NCBI RefSeq assembly: GCF_009914755.1
Contig: NC_060930.1
Length of the DNA: 64,000 nucleotides
From: the human T2T-CHM13v2.0 reference genome, Homo sapiens
Direction: 5' to 3' (one strand)
Below the pieces are notes generated by a model. That model did not search any database. It was not told where the DNA came from and saw only the letters and a list, made by a program, of their open reading frames with translations. The stretch's first letter is position 1. Every line of letters begins with the position of its first letter. Below, in pieces: positions 1 through 13,852 of the stretch. The translations under genes and the position numbers were made by a program.

Positions 1-230
1 AGGCAAATTGAACATAGCATCTCATGTTACCCAGTACTTTTTAGTTTAGGTTTAAAGTATTAAATTTGTTCCTTCTGTTTTCAATCCTTTTGTTCTTTAG
101 ATCTTTCTCTTAGATTCCAGTTGCTTCAGGGAAAGATCTGGTCATTTTATTGTACTTTCTTTCCCGTTCTACTCTATGACTGAACTACCTTTATGTAACT
201 TTGATTTCTGGAGGAATGTATTATTTCTTA

Positions 231-893
231 TGTGAGTACAACACAGTTCGGGAGCCCTCAAGACCACTCTCACTTCTAACACTAACTGCACATTTGAGGG
301 ACTCCCAAAGAGTCACTCACATCTAACATTGGCTGCAAGTTCATGGTTTCTCAAGACCATATTGAGGTTCAATAATTTGCTAGATGGACTCAGGCAACTC
401 ACTAAGAGCTGTTATACTCATGGTTATGTTTTATACAGCAAGAGAGTACACTACAATCAACCAAGGGAAGAGGAGCATAGGGCAAAGTCTAGGAAGGTTG
501 CAAGCATGGAGTTTCTAGTTGTCTTCTCAGTGGAGTTGTGTGGACAACACTTATTAGTTTCAGCAATGATGTGTGATGATACATAAAAAGGATTGACAAC
601 CAGAGAAACTCATCCCTTCCTTGGTGTCGGGAGTTTTGTTGGGGCTCAGCCTTGAGACTTGGCTGACCTCCCGGGTGGCTGACTTTAGTCTTCAGCTCCT
701 CCAAAGGTTAAGCTGACACTGCATGGTCTGAAACTCCCTCACCATAAATCACATTTTTAACATAGACTCTGGCATGGCCCAAGGCCCACAGGTAAACAAA
801 CACATTCTTATGAGGCAGGACATTCTAAAGTGTTAGAGGTTACCTCCTAGGAGCCAAACCTGTCTTTGTGCAAGATGAATCCCTTGCTGCACA
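231..893 (-). mobile_element. MER77-like ERVL solo LTR
   Basis: TG...CA ends; matches remembered MER77/MER21-group motifs (AAGACCAC...CACTTCTAACAC, AATAATTTGCTAGA, CAGGTAAACAAA...CAGGACATT, GGTTACCTCC). Confidence 0.75.
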
Positions 894-2077
894 GAAACTT
901 CATGCCTCCAGTTGAAAATGTCTGGTTTTCTAGTTGTTTCATTAATTCAGCTGGTATCTGCCACTTATTTTCTGTCTTTTTTCAGAGCTTTTTTCCTAGC
1001 CTCTATTATGAAATAATTTTGTTCTTCCCCAACTGTTGGTTTTCTAACGGTTTTGTTGTTGTTGTTGTTATTGTTGTTTTATTTTTTAATCACCAGAAGC
1101 TTTGTTTGTTTGAGATAAATGAAGATTTGGGATTTCCTTCTTGACAACTTTGTTATTCAGAAGGCAAGTCTCCAACTGAATTCTCAAACATACAAATTCT
1201 TATTAGCTGGCAGGCAAGAAAATTAGTTTTTATTTTTTTAAAAATAGCAGAACCTTTTTAAACTTGATAAAGTCTTGACTTTCTATCCTTTTAAGGTGTT
1301 CTGCCAACCTTGAGTAAAGGTTTACTTGAGGTAGATGTGAAATATTCTAGCTTCATGACTCAGGTAAATAGTGAGGTGACAGAATCTGTTTGAGTCTGAA
1401 TATAGAACCCAGTGCCTGGGCCCAGGGTACATTTTCCCCGAGCTGTAGGTTGCCATTCTCCTCAGATCCTTATACTTAGTCCAGGAAAGGCAGAGGCACT
1501 GATATGACATACTGCCAATCTTGAACTCACTTCACCAATGAAAAGCTATTTCTTGTGTAATTATAAAACACTTCAGGGATGCTAAAGCCATCAGGAGAGT
1601 GGAGGTTGGTCGCTTTCTGGAGTGTGGACTCTTGATTATTCTCTCAAATCTTAACACTGTGTAGTGTGTAATCTGAATTAGAATACACCAAATGTTAACT
1701 AATTGCCCTTAGGATACACATGAAAACTAACCTGAGTATAGCACACAATCTGTGCAGGAATACTTTAAAGTACACGTTAGATAATATAAAAGGCCCTGAA
1801 AGAAGTAGCTGTTTCTTTAGCTTCTCCATTGTCGCAAGTTCCCCCTGGATTCTTTGATTCTCATTCTTTCTTTCTTTTCTTTCTTTTTTTTAAATCTGTC
1901 ACTTTTGCCAAAAGACTTCTTGGCTCCTTATATCTCCCTTCTCTCACCATCACTTCTCTAGTCCAATTTGGGCCCCTCCCATACAGGCCCTAGGCAGGAA
2001 AGTATTACCCATTCTAGCAAATTTGGTTGGTGCATCATTCTTAAAGCAGTTAAAGAATCCCACACTTAGAGCTTTCC

Positions 2078-2140
2078 TATTCATTCAACAAATATCTATA
2101 AAAACATACTCCTTGTCCACAGACATCTTTTTTGTTGTTA
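2078..2140 (-). mobile_element. L2 3'-end fragment
   Basis: TTCATTCAACAAATAT motif typical of the antisense L2 tail. Confidence 0.55.
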
Positions 2141-2144
2141 AGGA

Positions 2145-3527
2145 CAGTGGTTCCCAAAAGTGGTCCATTGAGACCAGTAATCTTCAAGACACATTTAGGG
2201 GGTCCATAGGTCAAAACTATTTTTACAGCAACTCTAAGGTGTTATTTGCCTTTTTCACTTTGCTGACATTTGCAGTGATGATGAATAAAAAGTAATAACG
2301 GGTAAAACTTCTAGTATCTTAACATTAATCAAGACAATAGCACCAAACTGAAGAGAGCCCATTGCAGTTTTCACAGCAATAATAATAATTAATTAATTAA
2401 AAAGCCAAGTTTTTCTTGACGTCTTTAATGAAACAATACAATTCAATAATTTTATTAAATCTTCACTCTCAAGTACACAAATATTTTGTGTGACAACTTG
2501 AGAAGTATCCATAGGGAATTTCTGCTTCATATTGAAGTATAAATGTTGTCTTATGGTTAAGTTGTGAGCTGAACAACCAGCTTTTTGCATGGAATACTCT
2601 TTTTACTCAAAGAAAACACTGATACACAAGCTATGGCTTTTCAGAGTTATGCATTTGATAGACATTTCCTTGAAAATGCCAATTCAAGAAAAAAGACCAT
2701 GGTATTTGTTGCCAATGATAAAATTTCAACTTTCAGGTAAAAAATGGACGTTTTCAAAACTTGTATCCATGAGCTTTATGACTTTCTAATTCTTAATGAT
2801 TTTCTGATAAACTCAATGGCAGTATTAACAAACGTGACTTTTTGATATTTTATAATGAAACATAATATATCTTTCATATTGAACATTTGGAAGATGGACA
2901 TAACTCAGTAACCAATATTTTCTAACATATCAATGCATGATATCACGAATTCATGTGTAGTAAAATACGATTCCATGTACAAGGTAGACAAATGGATTTT
3001 AATGTAGTAGAATAAAAATGTTTACTTATGATTTAAGATTCCACATTGTATCTAAATTTTAGGGAACTTTGACTTAATGAGTTTTGGTGTAGTTTAAAAA
3101 AAGAATACCTAGAATTATCTGAAAAGGGCTATTAAAGTACTCCTCCTTCTTTCCTCAAATATTTATCTGTGTGAATTCATATTTTGTTCATATGCTTCAG
3201 GAAGAGAAGCATGTCTCAACAGATTGAGTACAGAACCATATATGTGAACCCAGCTGTTTCTATTAAGTCAGACATTAAAGAGATTTGCAAAAATGGAAAA
3301 GATCATCACTTTTCTCACAAATTTTTTCTTTCGGGAAATATAATTATTTTTATAAAATATTTTTGTAATATTGTTCATTTTAAATAAGTGGATATGTTTA
3401 CATTTTTTAGTTTTAATTCTAATAAAGTTAATAGCGACAACTATAACTTGTATAAACAAAACTCTTTGGAGCCTAGATAATTTTAGACTTTTATTCATGT
3501 TCTGAGACCTACATTTTGACAACATGG
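2145..3527. mobile_element. Charlie1a (hAT-Charlie DNA transposon relic), near full length
   Basis: Starts with CAGTGGTTCCCAAA terminus; internal GGTCAAAACTATTTT, TTTGTTGCCAATGATAAAATT, AGACATTAAAGAGATTTGCAAAAATG; ends CTGAGACC...; about 1.4 kb. Confidence 0.8.
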
Positions 3528-3622
3528 TTTCAGAGAAAGGGAATCAGCAGCAGCAGTTTGCCATACAACACTTAAGAGTAGAAAGTGGTCAGATTTCTTA
3601 GAAGTTGATTGTGATTTCATAG

Positions 3623-3920
<298 letters not shown>

Positions 3921-4229
3921 GCAATTTAATCAATTGACCTCAATATGTTCTCAGAGAAATAGACAAGAATGATTGAATAGAAACTATTTGAAGAGTTAAA
4001 AAAATATTGCCCTTATGCTTAATAATATTTTTGGAAGAAATTTTAATTTTTACCTATCAAAGAATTTCTTCCAAAGCATATATAGAGTCATCTTTAACTA
4101 CTCTGGGTGTTTCTATATTTTTTCTATTCCTGAACATAAGACCCAGTATACATTACCTCTTTGCTAGATGTTCCTCTGAATTGGTTTGTTTTACCTAGAA
4201 TTTTGTTTTACATTTAAGTTTTAATTCCA

Positions 4230-4530
4230 AATATTAGTTGTTTTTCTCAACTGAGAACTAATTAAAGTATCAACTTGTTTGATAAATTTCTGTGCTCACC
4301 AGTCTTCACTGTCTTCTGGGGTTCAAATTTCTTCTTGTTGATGTATACGTTTTAATAATTCTTTCAGATAGGGTTGACTGCAGGTGATTAATTCTTCATA
4401 TGCTTCAGAAGTAAATGATAATTTTCTATACATTCTATTTTCATGGTTATGTTATTAGCTTTTAGTTTTTTTGTTTTTTGCTGATGAAAAATCTAATTAC
4501 CATTCCTTGGTAGACAACCTGTTTTTGGGG
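4230..4530 (-). mobile_element. Old L1M/L1ME fragment
   Basis: Degenerate antisense L1 ORF1-like motifs (TTTAATAATTCTTTCAG, GCTGATGAAAAATCT, TTCCTTGGTAGACAACCTG). Confidence 0.4.
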
Positions 4531-5592
4531 GGTCTAAAAGTAGGCAATAAAAAAGAAAATGTAGGATAAAAAAGGGACATATTTGGGGCAGGGGATGCTT
4601 CCAAATCCCACTACATAGAAAAATGTCAGTTTTGCTTCTGAAATCTGAATTAGACATATCCCTGAGGCCTATTTCTATTCCCAGCCCGTAAGAGATACTT
4701 AGTTTAATTTTTTGTTGTTATTTTGTTTTACTTGTATTTTTAAAAGTAAAACATAAATAGTAAACAAATGAGTGAATGAAAGAATGGATAAATGGATAGG
4801 GCTTGCTAACTATGTTGACAATAATTTGAAGATTCAAACCTATTGATAATGGAGATGTTGTTGAAGGATCTTTTTCTGCGAATTTAGACTCTAAAGCATT
4901 TGTTGATCATAGAGATAAATTAAGAAGTCAGCTTACTGGTCGTATTGGTAGAAACATTGTGTTTCATTCCCCTTTGGAAGGGCTCATGTATTCTTGCTAA
5001 GTCTCGCAGGCTGGGTTGGAGTGGGCTTCTGATCCAGAGTGATCAGAAACAGGTGTAATTAGAGGAGCTAGCACACATCATTCCTAGGAGGAAAGTCCTC
5101 AGGAATATTTCACAGGCTTGAGTGAAAGGCAAGAAGCCAGGAAGAGAAGGGCTCAGAACTCCATCAATTAATGAAACACAAGTTGATATGAGGCAAAAGA
5201 TCTAGGGTTATAGTCCCAACCAGAACAAGGGAGCTATATGCAAGCCATGGGGACAGGTAACCTGGTTCAATTATAGTCAGATCAGATATCTTGGAAAATT
5301 TATTATGATACCATGCTAACAGACTTTGCAAACTAAATTTAAATTTAGAGAAATAGTTCTTAGTTTCATTTCTCTAAAAATCAATTTGTGTATAGGTGGT
5401 CAACACCAGATGTTTGTGAAATCCTAGTATCTGATTCTGCTTGTTAGAATCATACTCTAATTCTAGTATTCTGCTCTGGGCATTTTGTAGGTAATATTGT
5501 ATGGATTAACAATGATTTTTAAAATATCTTTTAACCATTGAGGATACATAAGCTATTATACCCACAGCTTAAATCTCTTTCTCTCTTTCTCA

Positions 5593-5593
<1 letters not shown>

Positions 5594-5623
<30 letters not shown>
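5594..5623. repeat. (AC)15 microsatellite
   Basis: Read directly. Confidence 0.95.
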
Positions 5624-5628
<5 letters not shown>

Positions 5629-8429
5629 AACATACTTAAGGATAGGTCTAGGGAGATGTGATATTGCACGTGGAAACCCGAAGCAAAATCTTTGAGGTTG
5701 ATGAACTAAAATTTTGTTAGAACACACACAAAAAAAATGTTTACAAACCGTCTTTTAAAATAATGCTCTGCCTAACTTCCCCCCCCGAGTTCAGGTACAT
5801 GGCTTAAGTGCTGCTTTGTCCTTAATGCCATCTTCTTGTCAGTTGCTCTGTATGATTAAATCCCGCTACACTCCTTCCCTGTATTATTTATCTCCAGCTT
5901 TTCCCTATTGTCAAGCTCCTCCTCCCCACCCTGTTGATGCAAATAGGGGTGTCATCTTTTTGTGGCATTTGTTTTTGTGATGGTCTTTGACCCTACTCTC
6001 CTTTTCTTGAGCGACAGGGTCAAAACAGTTTCCTGGTTTTGTTTAGTCTGGAGGTGGCAATGTACATTTGCCTTTAAATCCCTCCCTGGGAAAACCTTGG
6101 TTTCCCTTAGAAGCTGGCTAACCCTGCTCCCAACTCACACCTGCTTCCAGCTGCCACGTTTCATGAGCCTGCTGTGCTAAAACACATTCAAATGGCAGGT
6201 GCTGACAATTTTACATGATCCCAAAAGCCAGGGAAGCTGGATCAAGAGGAAGCTTTTTACCCTGTGAAAATCACACTGAAGAGAAGTGAAAGAATTCAGC
6301 TCTTTATTAGTCATTTTGAGTTCTCCGTCTTGAAGAGCTGAGAATGCATGCCTCCGTGAGCTTGAAGCAGGGTATTAGGTGGTTGATAATGGGACTGAAA
6401 TTTGTAGGCAAAACTCAAATGTACAGAAGGGTGGCTTTATTTCTCCCAAAGTGGAATCTGTTTCCTAAGTCAGTTTAAAATCTCAATCAAGGCATCTTCC
6501 CTTTTCAAATATTCTTCCCTCCTCTTCTTCCCCACGACAACGTGGGGATGGAGAATGAGAAGTTCCACGGGAACAAGGAGGAGGTTTCTGCTTTGCAGAC
6601 TGTCCCTGCTCCTTGTGTCCTTCTTGCCTCTGCTGAGGTGTATCCTGTCCCTGGGGCTGTGGCTATCAGGTTCTTTCTCTTATGCACTCCCTGCTGAGGG
6701 AGCCAGCCCATTTTTTGTTGCTCTGAGTGAGGATGCCAGGACTATTGCAGGTTGCTGGGCCATCTGCTGACCAAATGCCCCATCTCAGTTCTCAGGGTAC
6801 TCTTTGAAGTTCAATGACACTATCTACCTGACTCTTGGATTTGAACTTAGTCTGAATTCTCTGCTATGAGACCTCTCTGCCCCCTTGCTTTGGCAACCTC
6901 TGGCAGGAAATTCTACTCTAGATTCTTAGCTAACCCATGTACCCATCTTGGGCTGGTGAATGAATTGGGTGATAGGAATTTTTCCAAATATTCTCCATGC
7001 CACGCTATTATTATGGAAGACTAGGGGTAGGTATATAGGGGAAATTTTTCCGGCCCTCACTGCCCACGGCTGTCTTCCAGCTTACCTCTAGTGTGCTTGC
7101 ACAAGGCTGGGCTGGGCCTGCAATTAGTTCTGTAGACTAATTGGGGTGAGGGCTTGCTGTGCTTTCCTTACCCAAGAGACCTCTTTTACTTGCTTTGTTT
7201 GGATTCATAGGACCTAGGAGTAGGATAATTTGAATAAGCATAAGATCTTTAAAGATTCTTATTCTGGGCAGAAGAGTACCTGAAACTTTGGCCCAATGCA
7301 AAATTTAATATCCATGCACATAATGTATTCATCATATTTTCTCTTTAGATCATCACAACTTGCATTTAAAAATTCTAACTTCCAAATAGCCCTTGGTGGT
7401 TCATTGTAACTTTTAATAGTTCATTTTACATGCTAATGTGTTCTAGTCATCTATGATTTGGTAATTTGCTTATTTTTTTAAAAAACATAAAATAACATTT
7501 AAAGGCCCTATCCATGCATCAAGAATAAAATATAATTTCTGATAAACTTGGTCACTTGTATTAAGTCTGTTCCCACATGAGCAGCTATATAAAATAATTT
7601 ATCTCAATTGATGATGTAACAAAAGAAGATGTAGTTCAAATAACTGAAGCAGAGATTGGTGAGGAGATTCCCAGTTTTTAGAAGTTTGAACATCTGCTTG
7701 CTGTCCTCAAAACCTGCAAAGTATAGGGTTTCATAGATGGACTCTAGCATCTCAGATGCTTCAGTAAGTTCAGAGAAACAACTATCTCTTTTGATTTGAC
7801 AATGCTGGTCTCTTAACAGTACCAGGAAAGATGTAAGGTGAGTTACAAATTAAAACGTATACTGAGAGAATTATCTTCAATAAACATAAATGACTATATG
7901 TGTGCATGCATATGTTAACTTTTATTGGAAATAAGATACTACTCTTTCTTTCCTAGCCAGATAACAGAAAAATAGTAAATGTATTTGAAGATGTTAATGT
8001 TTATAATTTTGAATCTAGGGATACATTCCTACTCCTAAGTGGAGGAGGAGCGTGTTCATTGTTATTAGAAAATTAACTGTAAGGCAAGAGCCAGTTTAGA
8101 ACTAGAGTTATTAATACAAGTAGCATTTGTATCACAACGTATAGCTTATAAAACATTACCATTTGATCCTCACAACAACATTTTGAGAGAAGAGAAAGTT
8201 CTAATAATTTATTAGTGAACCCAGATGTTGACACTTTTACAAGATAAATCAAGTAGGAAATAAAACAGGATTCAAGTTTTATAACAATTATTTTGCAAAA
8301 TAATTTCCTAATAATAGATATATGGCTGCATTTATGTACATTATTTTATCTAATATTTTTTAAGTGGTGAAACAATGTCACCTCTATAAAACAACATGGT
8401 TAACCAACTTGGTTGGTTAACAGATTCAT

Positions 8430-8688
8430 TTGTTAGAAAAAGTTAGAAAAAATTTAAATACATAGAAAAGTAAACAGAATGGTATCATGGACACCCATGT
8501 ATTCAGTAGCTAAATATAGTAATTGTGTGTCTTTTACCATACTTTCTTTATACCATTTTGCTATATCACTTAAAATAAGTTATAGACTTTATGATATTTC
8601 ATTTCTAAATGCTTTAGAAGCCTTTCTCTAAAAATAGATATATTCCTACTTCACCACTATTATATATTAACTCTAATTCCCCAATATT
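8430..8688 (-). mobile_element. L1MC (L1MC4/5-like) 3' UTR fragment, left part, interrupted by L1MA3
   Basis: AATTTAAATACATAGAAAAGTAAACAGAATGGTATCATGGACACCCATGTA is L1MC 3'-end-like; continues after 13853. Confidence 0.6.
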
Positions 8689-11600
8689 TTTTCTATTTCT
8701 GTTTTTTAATTTTGGGGGGTACATAGTAGGTGTATGTATTTATGGGTTACATGAGATCTTTTGATACAGGCATACAATGTGTAATAATTACATCAGGGTA
8801 AATGGGTATCCATCACCTCAAGCATTTAACCTTTCTTTACAATCTAATTATGCTCTTTTAGTTATTTTTAAATGTACGATAAACTATTGTTGGCTCTAGT
8901 CACCCTGTTGTGCTATCAAATACTATATCATATTCATTCTAACTATATTTTTGTACCCATTAACCATCCCCACTTCCTACCCCACCCCCTACTACTCTTC
9001 TGAGCCTCTGGTAACCATCCTTTTACTCTCTGTCTCCATGAGTCCAATTGTTTTAATTTGTGGTCCTGCAAATAAATGAGAACATGTGATGTTTATCTTT
9101 CTGTGCATGACTTATTTCACTTAACATAATGACTTCCAGTTCTATCCATGTTGTTGGAAATGACAGAGTCTCATTCTTATGGCTGAGTCGTAGTACTCCA
9201 TTGTGTATATGAACCACATTTTCTTTATCCATTCATCTGTTGGTGGACCCTTAAGTTGCTTCTAAATCTTAGCTGTTGTGAATAGTGCTGCAATAAACAT
9301 GGAAGTGCAGGTATCTTTTTGATATAGTTTTCCTTTCTTTTGGGCATGTACCTAGCAGTGGAATAATGGATCATATGGTAGCTTTATTTTTATTTTCTTG
9401 AGGAACCTCCAAACTATTCTCTATAGTAATTGTACAAATTTACATTCTCACCAACAGTGTACAAGGTTTCCTTTTTCTCCACATCCTCAACAGCATTTGC
9501 TATTGCCTGTCTTTTGGATAAAAGTCATTTTAACTGGGATGAGATAACATCTCATTGTACTTTTGATTTGCATTTTTCTGATGATTGACGATGTTGAGCA
9601 CCTTTTCATATACCTGTTTGCCATTTCTATGTCTTCTTTTGAGAAGTGTCTATGTAAATCAATTTTGTCCATTTTTTAACCAGATTATTAGATTTTTTTT
9701 TCTATAGAGTTGCGTGGGCTACTTATATATTCTTGTTATTAATTCCTTATCAGATGAATAGTTTGCAAATATTTTCTCCCATTCTATGAGTTGTCTCTTC
9801 ACTTTGTTGATTGTTTCCTTTGCTTTGCAGAAGCTTTTAACTTGATGTGATCCCGTTTATCCATGTTTGCTTTGGTTGCCTGTGCTTGTAGAGTATTACT
9901 CAAGAAATCTTTGTCCAGGCCAATGTCCTAGAGAATTTCCCCAATGTTTTCTTTTCGTACTTTCGTAGTATGAGGTCTTAGATTTAAGTCCTTAATTTAT
10001 GTGATTTGATTTTTGTATACTGTGAGAAATGGAGTTCTAAGATCATTCTTCTGCATCATATGGATATCCAGTTTTCCCAGCACTATTTGTTGAAGAAATT
10101 ATCTTTTCCCCAATGTATGTTCTTGACAACTTTGCCAAAAATGAATTCATTGTAGATATATGGATTTGTTTCTGGGTTCTCTATTCTATTCCATTGGTCT
10201 TTGTGTCTGTTTTTATGCCAGTATCATGCTGTTTTGGTGACTACAGCTCTTTAGTATAATTTGAAGTCAGGTAATGTGATTCCTCCAGTTTTGTTCTTTT
10301 TGCTCAGGATGGCTTTGGCTATTCTGGGTCTTTTGTTGTTCTGTATACATTATAGGATTGGTTTTCCTATTTCTGTGAAGAACGTCGTTGGTATTGTGAT
10401 AGGAATTGCGTTGAATCTGTAGACTGGTTTGGGTAGTATGGTTATTTTAACAATATTGAATCTTCCAACTCATGAACATGGAATATCTTTTCTTTTTTTG
10501 TGTTCTCTTTAATTTCTTGCATCAATGTTTTATAGTTTTTATTGTAGAGATCTTTTACTTATTTGGTTAAGTTTATTCCTAGGTGTTTTAATTTATTTGT
10601 AGCTATTGTAAATGACGTTACTTTCTTGACTTCTTTTTCAAATTGTTCACTGTTAGCATACAGAATTTTTGCTAATTAGTGTATATTGATTTTGTATCCT
10701 GCAAATTTACTGAATTTGTTTATCAATTCCAATAGTTTTTGGTGGAGTCATTAGGTTTTTCTAAATATAAGACTATGTCATCTCCAAACAGGGATAATTT
10801 GACTTCTTTTCCATTTTGGGTGCCCTTTGTTTCTTTCTCTTGTGTGATTGCTCTAGCTAGGACTTTCAGTATTATGTTGAATAACATGGTGAAAGTGGCA
10901 TGTTTGTCCGAACCCAGATCTTAGAGTAAAGGCTTTCAGTTTTTCCCCATTCGGTAGGATACTAGCTATGGGTCTATTGTATATGGCTTTTATTGTGTTG
11001 AGGTATGTTTCTTCTATACTCAATTTTTCCCAGGGCTTTTATCATGAAGAGATGTGGGATTGTATCCAATGCTTTTTCAGCATCAGTTGAAATGATCACA
11101 TTATTTTTGTCCTTCATTCTGTTGATATGATGTATCACATTGATTGATTTTCATATATTGAATCATTCTTGCATTCCTGGGATAAATGACACTTGCTCAT
11201 GATAAATTATCATTTTAATGGTTGTTGAATTCAGTTTGCTAGTATTTTGTTGAGATTTTTACACCAATATTCATCAGGGATATTGGCCTGCAGTTTTCTC
11301 TTTTTGATGTGTCTTTGGTTTTGGTGTTAGGGTAATACTGTTCTCATAGAATGAGTTTAGAAGTATTCCACCCTCCTCTCTCTCTCTCTTTTTTTTTTAA
11401 TACCTTAAGTAGGAATGTATTTGTTCTTTAAATACTTGGCAAAATTCAGCAGTGAAGCCATTGAGTCCTGAACTTGTCTTTGCCGGGAGACTTTATTACT
11501 GCTTTGATCTCATTACTTGTTATTGGTCTGTTCAGGTTTTGAATTTCCTCATGGTTTAATATTGGTAGATTGTATGTGTCTAGGAATTTATTCATGTCTT

Positions 11601-13852
11601 CTAATGTTTTGGCATATAGTTGCTCATAGTAGCCTCTAATGATCCTTTGAACTTCTGCAGTATTGGTTGTAATGTCTCTTTTTTCATCTCTGATTTTATT
11701 TGCACCTTTTCTCTTTTTTCTTATTCAGCCTGGCTCCAGTTTTGCCAATTTTATTTATCTTTCCAAAAAACCCACTTTTTGTTTCACTAAACTTTTGTAT
11801 TGTCTTTTTTGTTTCAATTTCATTTATTTCTGCAATGATCTTTATTATTTCTTTTCTTCTACTAACTTGGGGTTTGTTTCACTCTTGATTTTCTAGTTCT
11901 TCAAGGTATATTGTTAGGTTGATTATTTCAAGTTTTCCTACTATTTTGGTGTAGGTATTTCTTGCTATAGACTTTCATCTTAGTACTGCTTTGATGGTAC
12001 CCTATAGGTTTTGGTTATTGTGTTTTCATTTTCATTTAAGTAATTTTTAAATTTCCTTCTTAATTACTTCATTGATCCTCTGGTCATTCAGGAGCCTATT
12101 GTTTAATTTTCATATGTTTGTATAATTTCCAAAATTCCTCTGATTGTTAATTTCTAGTTTTATTCCATTTTTGTCAGAGAAGATACTTGATATGATTTCT
12201 AATTTTTTGAAAGTTTTAAGATTTGTTTTATGATCTAAAATATAGTCTATCCTCGAGAATAATGCATATGCAGGCGAGAAGGATGTGTCTTCTGCAGCTG
12301 TTGGATTAAATGTTCTATAAGCATCTATTAGATCCATTTAATCTATAATGCAGATTAAGTCCAATGTGTCTTTGTTGATTTTCTATCTGTATGATCTATC
12401 CAATGCTGAAAGTTGGATGTTGAAGTCTCCAGCTATTATCACATTGGGGTTTATCTGTCTCCTTATCACTATTAATATTTGCTCTAAATATATGGGTGCT
12501 GCAATGTTGGGTGTACATATTTACATTGTTATACCCTCTTGCTGAATTGACCCCTTTATCATTATATAATAATATTCTTTGTCTCTTTTTATAGTTTTTG
12601 TCTTGAAATCTATTTTGTCTGATATAAGTACAGGTACTCCTGTTCTTTTTTTATTTTCGCTTGCCTAGGATATCTTTTTTCATCCCTTTATTTTATTTCT
12701 ATGTGTGTCTTTATAACTGAAGTGTGTTTCCTATATGCAAGAGATTGCTGGGTCTTTTTAAAATACATTCAGCCATTTGTGTTTTCATTGGACAGTTAAT
12801 CCATTTATATCAATGTTATTATTGATAAGTAAAGACTTACTTCTGGCATTTTGTTATTTATTTTCTGGTTGTTGTGTGGTCTTCTCTTCCTTCTTTCCTT
12901 CCTATCTTCCTTTTAGTGAAGGTGATTTTCTGAGGTAATATATTTTAAGTTCTTGCTCTTTATTTTTTGTGTATTTGTTGTATGTTTTTTATTTGAGGTT
13001 ACCACAAGTCTTGCAAATAATATCTTATAATCCATTATTTTAAACCGATGAAGAATTAACACTGATTGTGTAAAGAAACAAACAAATAAGCAAAGAGAAA
13101 ACTAATGAAAACTCTGCACTTGTACTTCATCCCCCTGCTTTTAAACTTTTTATTGTTTCTATTTACATCTTATTATATTGTCTATGTCTTAAAAACTTGT
13201 TGTAGTTATAATTTTTGATTAGTTCATCTTTTAGTGTTTCTACTCGAGATACAAGTAGTTTATGCACCACAATTACAATGTAATGATATTCTGTGTTTTT
13301 CTGTGCACTATTACCAGTGAGTTTTGTACCTTCAGATAATTTTTTGTTGCTCATTTAATATCCTTTTCTTTCAGACTGAGTAACTCCCTTTAGCATTTCT
13401 TGTAAGAAAGGTCTAGTGTTGATGATATCCCTCAGCTTTTGTTTGTCTAGGAAGTATTTCTCCTGCATGTTCTGAAGGATATTTTTGCTGGATGTACTAC
13501 TTCAGGAGAAAAGTTTTTTTCCTTCAGCACTTTAAATATGTCATGCCAGCTCTCCTGGCCTGTAAGGTTTCCACTGAGAAGCCTGTGGCCAGACAGGTCA
13601 GAGCTCCTTTTTATGTTATTTGTTTCCTTTCTCTTGCTGCTTTACCATCCTTTCTTTATCCTTGACTTTTGGGAATTTGATTATTTAATATCTTGAGATG
13701 GTCTTCTTTGGGTTAAATCTGTTTGGTGTTCTATAACCTTCTTGTACTTGAATACTGATATCTTTCTCCAGGTTTGGGAAATTCTCTGTTATAATTCTCT
13801 GAATTATCCCTTTGATGGTTTATTTTGGCCATCTTGCTCTGCATTTCTCTCA
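8689..13852 (-). mobile_element. L1MA3-like LINE-1, about 5.2 kb: 3' UTR, decayed ORF2, distal ORF1 and about 35 bp of the 5' terminus
   Basis: L1MA2/3 3' end (GGGTACATAGTAGGTGTAT...CATCAGGGTAAATGGGTATCCATCACCTCAAGC); ORF2 peptides at 9487-9672 and 12110-12337 (endonuclease-like); imperfect TSD CTAA(T/G)TCC(C/T)CAATATT at 8673-8688 and 13853-13868. Confidence 0.92.
13827..13836 (-). promoter_or_regulatory. YY1 motif (CAAGATGGCC) of the L1 5' terminus
   Basis: GGCCATCTTG on the + strand, at the expected distance from the L1 5' end next to the TSD. Confidence 0.65.

Noticed and set aside
6529-6548. TCCCCACG-ACAA-CGTGGGGA hairpin as a miRNA or ncRNA
   Set aside because: Only 8 perfect base pairs; the extension is too imperfect for a pre-miRNA.
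6555-6770. 71-aa ORF resembling a signal-peptide microprotein
   Set aside because: No recognisable homology, promoter or splice context; such ORFs are expected by chance in CT-rich DNA.
13811-13820. Spliced L1 (SpIRE-type) explanation of the 5' UTR-ORF1 junction
   Set aside because: The ORF1 resumption point is not preceded by AG in the remembered consensus, and the junction carries a local duplication, which favours deletion or template switching.
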